Source: Gammaproteobacteria bacterium (GTDB lineage: Bacteria; Pseudomonadota; Gammaproteobacteria; Eutrophobiales; Eutrophobiaceae). Taken from it: a DNA stretch of 64,000 bases. The translations under genes and the position numbers were made by a program. This document shows, one piece after another, positions 58,303 to 64,000 of this stretch (position 1 is its first letter; every line of letters begins with the position of its first letter). Location of the stretch: positions 1,312,001-1,376,000 of the forward strand of contig CBDCTH010000012.1 of assembly GCA_965222155.1 (NCBI GenBank), written 5' to 3'. A model generated the notes under the pieces. It was given only the letters and a program-made list of their open reading frames with translations. It was not told where the DNA came from and made no database searches.

Positions 58303-59571
58303 TTAAAACGGTTTGGGGCCTCCAGTAGCCCAATCGAGCAGTTCTGCCGTGTGGACAAACGGGACCCCGGTAAATTGCCGGAGGTGCATCATGCAGCCCA
58401 GGTTGCCGCTGGCGATGACGTTGACATTTGCCTGCTCTATATGGGCTGCTTTTCTCATGCCCAGTTCGCCTGCAATTTCCGGTTGCAGGAGATTATAGGT
58501 GCCGGCCGAGCCACAACACATATACTTTTCCGGTAATTCCTGTACGGAGAACCCGGCTTGTTTTAATAAATCCAGTGGTTGCGCGTCTATCTTCTGCCCG
58601 TGTTGCATGGAACAGGGACTCTGGTAGGCGACCCGGATATGCTTCAACTCATCATTCACGGCGGCGGCAGGCTGGTCGGATAAAAACTCGGCGATATCGC
58701 GGCTCATCCCGCTGATTCTTTCAGCGTCCGCCGCCAGAGCCCCATCATGACGGAACAGGTGGCCGTAATCTTTCAGCATGGTTCCGCAGCCGGAGGCATT
58801 GACAATCAACGCTTCCAGTCCGAGTTCATCAGTGTGTTTTATCCAGTCAATAATGTTTTGCCTGAAGCGCTTTTCCGCCAGGGCCGTCTTGCCCAGGTGA
58901 TGCTCAAGCGCGCCACAGCAGGCAGGCTCTGACAGAAGATGGACGCGGTAGCCTTGCCGTTCAAGCAGGCGGATACTTGCCGAATTGATATTGTTTCCTA
59001 GCACTTGCTGGACGCAGCCGGCGATAAGCCCGACGGCTTTTCCTGTCTTGTGTTGTTCTTTTGCCTGTGGTTTTGTACTTGTTCGCACTACCGGGGAACG
59101 AAGCTTCAGGGCGTTGCGTAACCGCTTAGGCAGCAGTTGTCTGATGGGTGACAGCATACCGGACAGGAATAACAGTAACCAAAAGCGGTTTGGGTGGGGC
59201 AGGGTAAAGGCAAGCAGGCGCCGAAAAAGCCTGTCCTGGAGGGGACGCTTGAATTTCTTCTCGATATAACCGCGCCCGGCGTCTATCAGGTGCATGTAGT
59301 TCACCCCGGAGGGGCAGGTTGTCATACAGGACAGGCAGGACAGGCACCTGTCTATGTGTTTTACCACTTTCGGCGATGGAGTAGCTTCATGTTCAAGCAT
59401 ATTTTTCAGCAGGTAGATACGTCCGCGCGGCCCGTCCAGTTCGTCACCGAGCAATTTGAACGTGGGGCAGGTGGAGTTACAAAAACCGCAGTGCACACAT
59501 TTGCGCAGGATGCTGTTGGCTTCATCCAGGGCGGGGTTCGTCAATTGTGCTGCCGTAAATTCAGTGCGCAT
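58303..59571 (-). CDS. glcF: Glycolate oxidase Fe-S subunit
   Basis: CVHCGFCNSTCP, CLSCLSCMTTCP, CCG motifs. Confidence 0.95.
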   Translation of the reverse strand: MRTEFTAAQLTNPALDEANSILRKCVHCGFCNSTCPTFKLLGDELDGPRGRIYLLKNMLEHEATPSPKVVKHIDRCLSCLSCMTTCPSGVNYMHLIDAGRGYIEKKFKRPLQDRLFRRLLAFTLPHPNRFWLLLFLSGMLSPIRQLLPKRLRNALKLRSPVVRTSTKPQAKEQHKTGKAVGLIAGCVQQVLGNNINSASIRLLERQGYRVHLLSEPACCGALEHHLGKTALAEKRFRQNIIDWIKHTDELGLEALIVNASGCGTMLKDYGHLFRHDGALAADAERISGMSRDIAEFLSDQPAAAVNDELKHIRVAYQSPCSMQHGQKIDAQPLDLLKQAGFSVQELPEKYMCCGSAGTYNLLQPEIAGELGMRKAAHIEQANVNVIASGNLGCMMHLRQFTGVPFVHTAELLDWATGGPKPF

Positions 59572-59603
59572 GATTAATCAGCCGAAAATAAGGAACAGGC
59601 TGC

Positions 59604-60923
59604 TCACTGGATTTCCGTCTTTTGGTTCGTTGACGGCACATCCGTTTCCTTGTCGGTCTGCGCCGGAATGACGGTAGCGGACGCAGGAATGTCGGAATGA
59701 CGGTGATAGAGCCTGCCCGGGTTGAGAATATCAGCCGGGTCAAAACTGTCTTTTATCTTCTCATTAAGACGTTTGATGGACTCATTGGCGAAAGAATAAA
59801 TGCCGGCATTCTCTTTCATGGTTGGGGGGGTGCGATACAAGGTTGTACTGCCGCTGATAGCGCTGACCTCCCGCCTTATGGCATTCAGTTTGTCTTCCCC
59901 CGCAGTCTGGCAGATGCCCACCCATAGCCAGCTTCCCGCGGCGTCCAGGTACCAGATGCACCCCTGAAGTTGGTCAAGATAACCGGTCAGTGCCGGGGTA
60001 GACGCCGGGGGAATGGATATTCTCACGATGGCTGGGGTGCGCTGAATATCATGTAAAGGCGTCACGTCGCGGATCCAGGACCAGATGGTAACCGACTCTG
60101 CCTGGTCCAGTACGCTGTTTTCAAACCCCTCCGGCAGTCTTTCCTGTATTGCCCGCAGGCGTTCATTCACCGACAGTTTCGTTCCTTCCAGTCTTATCAA
60201 GGCCAGTGACCCGCCGGGAAATGGCATATCACTTTGCTCAATTGCGGTTAATGCCGGCTCGGGCAGGTAAGCCAGGCCTGAAGTTTCGAAAGGGGTGGAG
60301 ATAATGTCCGTCAATAATACCATGGCTTGTTCGGTGGACAGTCCCCATACGGCAAGGCTCATCGATGTGGGCGGTGCAGGCAGAACCTTGAAAATCACCT
60401 CGGTTACAACGGATAAGGTTCCCCAGGAACCGGCAATCAGTTTACTCATGTCATAGCCGCTGACGTTTTTTATTACCTTGCCGCCGGATTTCCAGATCTC
60501 GGCGCGCCCGTTGATCGCCCTGAGGCCCAGGATATGGTCCCGGGCGCTGCCGGCCTTGAAGCGGCGCGGCCCCGCCAGGTTACCGATAAAAGTCCCACCT
60601 ATGGTGCCTTCGTCTTCCCTCCCGTACATCCTGTTTAATGCCGGGGGTTCGAATGCGAGATGCTGGCGGTGTTCCACCAGCGCCTCGACTATTTCACGGA
60701 GAGGTGTTCCCGGTAGCGCCCGCACGACCAGTTCTTCAGGGTGATATTCCAGGATACCGCTGAGTTTCTCCAGGGACATGGGGCAGTCCGCGTTGACCGC
60801 CATACCAAAACCATGTTTTGTATTTTTTCCCTGAATGGCAATGGTCCTGCCGTCAGCGGCAGCCCATTGCACCAGTTCCTGCGCCTGCTGTTCCGATTCC
60901 GGTGAAAACCGCTCGTTTGTCAT
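59604..60923 (-). CDS. glcE: Glycolate oxidase FAD subunit with a repeat-derived C-terminal tail
   Basis: GGKVIKNVSGYD, GSWGTL, FDPADILNPGR; lies between glcD and glcF. Confidence 0.92.
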   Translation of the reverse strand: MTNERFSPESEQQAQELVQWAAADGRTIAIQGKNTKHGFGMAVNADCPMSLEKLSGILEYHPEELVVRALPGTPLREIVEALVEHRQHLAFEPPALNRMYGREDEGTIGGTFIGNLAGPRRFKAGSARDHILGLRAINGRAEIWKSGGKVIKNVSGYDMSKLIAGSWGTLSVVTEVIFKVLPAPPTSMSLAVWGLSTEQAMVLLTDIISTPFETSGLAYLPEPALTAIEQSDMPFPGGSLALIRLEGTKLSVNERLRAIQERLPEGFENSVLDQAESVTIWSWIRDVTPLHDIQRTPAIVRISIPPASTPALTGYLDQLQGCIWYLDAAGSWLWVGICQTAGEDKLNAIRREVSAISGSTTLYRTPPTMKENAGIYSFANESIKRLNEKIKDSFDPADILNPGRLYHRHSDIPASATVIPAQTDKETDVPSTNQKTEIQ

Positions 60924-60925
60924 AT

Positions 60926-61059
60926 TATCCGCAGATTACGCAGATGAACGCAGATGAAAGAAATGTTTTTTTCACCGGATTTCCGTTATTTGATGTGAAA
61001 TGCCTATTACCATGAGTTCGATTCGGAATGAATATCATCATCTGCGTAATCTGCGGATA
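60926..61059. repeat. 134-bp intergenic element with perfect 22-bp terminal inverted repeats
   Basis: TATCCGCAGATTACGCAGATGA ... TCATCTGCGTAATCTGCGGATA. Confidence 0.85.
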
Positions 61060-61073
61060 TAACCTGTGGATAA

Positions 61074-62564
61074 TCAAAACCTGGGGATGTCGGGGAAGGG
61101 GATATTGCCTTTATGCACGTGCAGTTTACCCAGTTCCGCGCAGCGATGCAGGACAGGGAATACCTTGCCGGGGTTCAGCCGGCCTTCCGGGTCAAAGGCG
61201 CATTTGATCCGCTGCTGTTGCTGCAAGTCCTGTTCATTGAACATGGTGTGCATGAGGTCCCTTTTTTCAACGCCGATACCATGTTCACCGGACAGGACGC
61301 CACCGACTTCAACACACAGACGCAGGATATCAGCGCCGAATTCTTCAGCTTTTTCCAGTTCTTCAGGAACATTGGCGTCAAACAGGATCAATGGGTGTAA
61401 ATTACCGTCACCGGCATGAAACACATTGGCCACGCACAAACCGTATTGTTCCGACATCTCCCGCATCCTGGATAACACATGGGAGAGTTCGCGGCGGGGT
61501 ATTGTGCCATCCATGCAATAATAATCAGGCGAAATATCCCCCAGGGCCGGAAAGGCCGCTTTTCTACCGGCCCAGATACGTGTTCGTTCTTCTTCCGACT
61601 CGCTGACTCTGATAAAGCTGGCATGACAATCTTCGGCAATGCCCCGGACTTGTTCGATTAACTCGGTCACTTCTCCTTCAGGCCCGTCCAACTCCGTAAG
61701 CACCAGGGCAGGGCAGTCTACGGGATAACCTGCATGGCAAAAGTCCTCTGCCGCCTTGATGGCAAACTCATCCATCATTTCTATGCCGGCGGGGATGATG
61801 CCGCCGCTGATAATCCTGGCGACACATTCTCCCGCGGTTTCATTACTCGGAAATCCGAGCAGCATCGCCCTGGCCGTTTGCGGTTCTTGTATAATTCGCA
61901 CCGTCACTTCCGTGATTACCCCGAGCAATCCCTCCGAACCGGTAATAATGCCCAACAGGTCATAACCGGCCGGGTCAAGGTACTTTCCTCCGATGCGCAG
62001 TATCTCTCCTGCCATGGTGACCATCTCAAGCCCCATCACGTTATTCGTGGTCAAACCATATTTAAGGCAATGGACGCCGCCCGAATTTTCGCTGACGTTC
62101 CCGCCGATGGTGCAGACAATCTGGCTGGATGGGTCTGGTGCGTAGTAGAATCCCTTGTGTTTGACGGCTTCGGTGATCGCCAGGTTGGTTACCCCCGATT
62201 GGGCGACCACGCAACGGTTGGCGAAATCGATATCGAGAATTTTATTAAATTTACCCAGTCCGAGTACGATCCCGTCGGCCAGGGGCAGGGCGCCGCCGGA
62301 TAAAGAGGTGCCGGCGCCTCTGGGCACTACTTTTATATTCAACCGGCTGCACAGTTTCAACACGGCAGCGACTTGTGCAGTCGTTTCGGGTAACACAACC
62401 AGCATGGGAGCCTGCCGGTACGCTGTCAGGGCATCGGTTTCATAGACGCGCAATGACGCATCATCGTCGATCACGCACTCCTCTGGAACTATTTCCCGGA
62501 GTTGCTTTATCAGGGCAGGTCTGTTAGCCAAGGCAGCTTTATCGATAGGAGACAGTTGTTGCAT
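61074..62564 (-). CDS. glcD: Glycolate oxidase subunit D
   Basis: PRGAGTSLSGG, APDPSS, HAGDGNLHP, GEHGIG. Confidence 0.96.
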   Translation of the reverse strand: MQQLSPIDKAALANRPALIKQLREIVPEECVIDDDASLRVYETDALTAYRQAPMLVVLPETTAQVAAVLKLCSRLNIKVVPRGAGTSLSGGALPLADGIVLGLGKFNKILDIDFANRCVVAQSGVTNLAITEAVKHKGFYYAPDPSSQIVCTIGGNVSENSGGVHCLKYGLTTNNVMGLEMVTMAGEILRIGGKYLDPAGYDLLGIITGSEGLLGVITEVTVRIIQEPQTARAMLLGFPSNETAGECVARIISGGIIPAGIEMMDEFAIKAAEDFCHAGYPVDCPALVLTELDGPEGEVTELIEQVRGIAEDCHASFIRVSESEEERTRIWAGRKAAFPALGDISPDYYCMDGTIPRRELSHVLSRMREMSEQYGLCVANVFHAGDGNLHPLILFDANVPEELEKAEEFGADILRLCVEVGGVLSGEHGIGVEKRDLMHTMFNEQDLQQQQRIKCAFDPEGRLNPGKVFPVLHRCAELGKLHVHKGNIPFPDIPRF

Positions 62565-64000
62565 TTAACGCCACTCACTCTCACGCAGTTCTATTCTACG
62601 GATCTTGCCGCTCACGGTCTTGGGCAAGTTGTCGACGAAATCAATTTTGCGCGGGTACTTGTAGGGCGCCGTTACCTGTTTTACGTGCTCCTGTAGTGTC
62701 AGTTTCAATTGCGCGGACGTGCTGAACCCCGGCGCCAGGACCACAAAGGCCTTGACCACCTCGCCACGGGTTTTATCTGGGCTGGAGACCACGGCTGACT
62801 CGGCAACGGCCGGATGTTCAATCAGGGCGCTTTCCACCTCAAAAGGGCCGATCCGGTATCCGGCTGACAGAATCACATCATCGGCCCGGCTGACAAACCA
62901 GAAGTAACCGTCCACATCCCGGTAGGCGCGATCGCCGGTCACGTACCAGTCGCCCCGCCTCGTGGCGGCAGTACGTTCGGGATCATTGCGATACTCACGG
63001 AAAAACCCCTGGGGTGGTTGTGGCTCGATACGCACGGCAATATCTCCTTCCTTATCTGCTTCGGCAATGTTGCCTTCATTATCAATGATCTGCAGGTCAA
63101 TACCCGGTGCCGGTTTGCCCATGGAACCGGCCTTGGGCTCTATACAGGGAAAGCTGGCGCAGAGTATCACTGACTCGGTCTGCCCGTAACCGTCCCGGAT
63201 CGTCAGGCCGGTTGCCTTCTTCCAGGTGTCGATGATTTCGGGATTGAGCGGTTCACCGGCTCCGGTGCAGTGTCGAAGCGCCTTGAATTCGTAACGGTTG
63301 AGATCTTCCAGAACCAGCATGCGATAGATGGTCGGCGCCCCGCAAAAAGTGGTAATCGGATACTTTGCCAGAAGTTCCAGGGTCTGTTGCGGACTGAAAC
63401 CGGTAGTGTGATGGATAAATAATGTAGTCCCGCATAACCATGGGCCGAAGTAACTGCTGTAGGCAGCCTTGCCCCAGCCGGTATCACTGACGTTCCAGTG
63501 CAGGTCATCCGGCTTCAGGTCCAGCCACAGTTCACCGGTTATCCGGTGACCGATGGCATAGTTGTGGGAATGGATGCACATCTTGGGGTAGCCTGTCGTG
63601 CCGGAGGTGAAGTAACAGATGGCTTCATCCTCAGCGCCCGTATCAACGGTTTTGAACGCAGGGCTTGCGGCGGCCACGGCCTGCTCATAATCGATCCAAC
63701 CGTCCCGCCGGCTGTCCGTGACAATGCGCACCGCCAGGGTAGGGCAGTTTCCCATCACTGCATCCACCTTGGCCGCATTGGCGCTGTCGGTAACCACACA
63801 GGTGGCCGCGGCAGCGTTTATCCTGTATTCCAGGTCTTTTTCTGAAAGTTGTACGGTACCCGGTGATATCACTGCACCCATTCGCAAGGTAGCAGTGAAT
63901 GTCTCCCACCAGGGAATTACCCTGGGCAGCATGACGATGACCGTATCGCCCGTCCTGACACCGGCCTCTGTCAGGACATTACATAATCGCCTCGATGCCT
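62565..64000 (-). CDS. Medium-chain acyl-CoA synthetase (5'-partial)
   Basis: YFTSGTTGYPK, GYGQTE, PKTVSGK. Confidence 0.93.
   Translation of the reverse strand, partial: ASRRLCNVLTEAGVRTGDTVIVMLPRVIPWWETFTATLRMGAVISPGTVQLSEKDLEYRINAAAATCVVTDSANAAKVDAVMGNCPTLAVRIVTDSRRDGWIDYEQAVAAASPAFKTVDTGAEDEAICYFTSGTTGYPKMCIHSHNYAIGHRITGELWLDLKPDDLHWNVSDTGWGKAAYSSYFGPWLCGTTLFIHHTTGFSPQQTLELLAKYPITTFCGAPTIYRMLVLEDLNRYEFKALRHCTGAGEPLNPEIIDTWKKATGLTIRDGYGQTESVILCASFPCIEPKAGSMGKPAPGIDLQIIDNEGNIAEADKEGDIAVRIEPQPPQGFFREYRNDPERTAATRRGDWYVTGDRAYRDVDGYFWFVSRADDVILSAGYRIGPFEVESALIEHPAVAESAVVSSPDKTRGEVVKAFVVLAPGFSTSAQLKLTLQEHVKQVTAPYKYPRKIDFVDNLPKTVSGKIRRIELRESEWR

Overview
Chromosomal window, most likely from a gammaproteobacterium (conserved uvrC-pgsA-tRNA Gly/Cys/Leu block and glcDEF at the right end). 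The highlight is a diversity-generating retroelement (DGR) at the left edge. It comprises a membrane-anchored FGE-sulfatase/CLec-fold target (open reading frame continues past the window start), avd, a DGR-type reverse transcriptase, and a 119-bp template repeat that lies downstream of the RT and overlaps its stop codon. By manual alignment the variable repeat differs from the template at 18 positions, all template adenines, plus a 1-nt insertion that frameshifts the target. Positions 3-37 kb are an accessory/defence region: about nine intact or decayed toxin-antitoxin/Abi/Fic modules, an abiF-like RNA, a type I R-M operon with an embedded GmrSD-like gene, a split DUF4157 gene and many gene fragments. 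Positions 37-51 kb hold an uncharacterised catabolic cluster next to a MalT-like regulator. Several small palindromic/MITE-like elements occur at 51 kb and 59-61 kb. All family assignments come from motif recognition by eye; no database searches were run.
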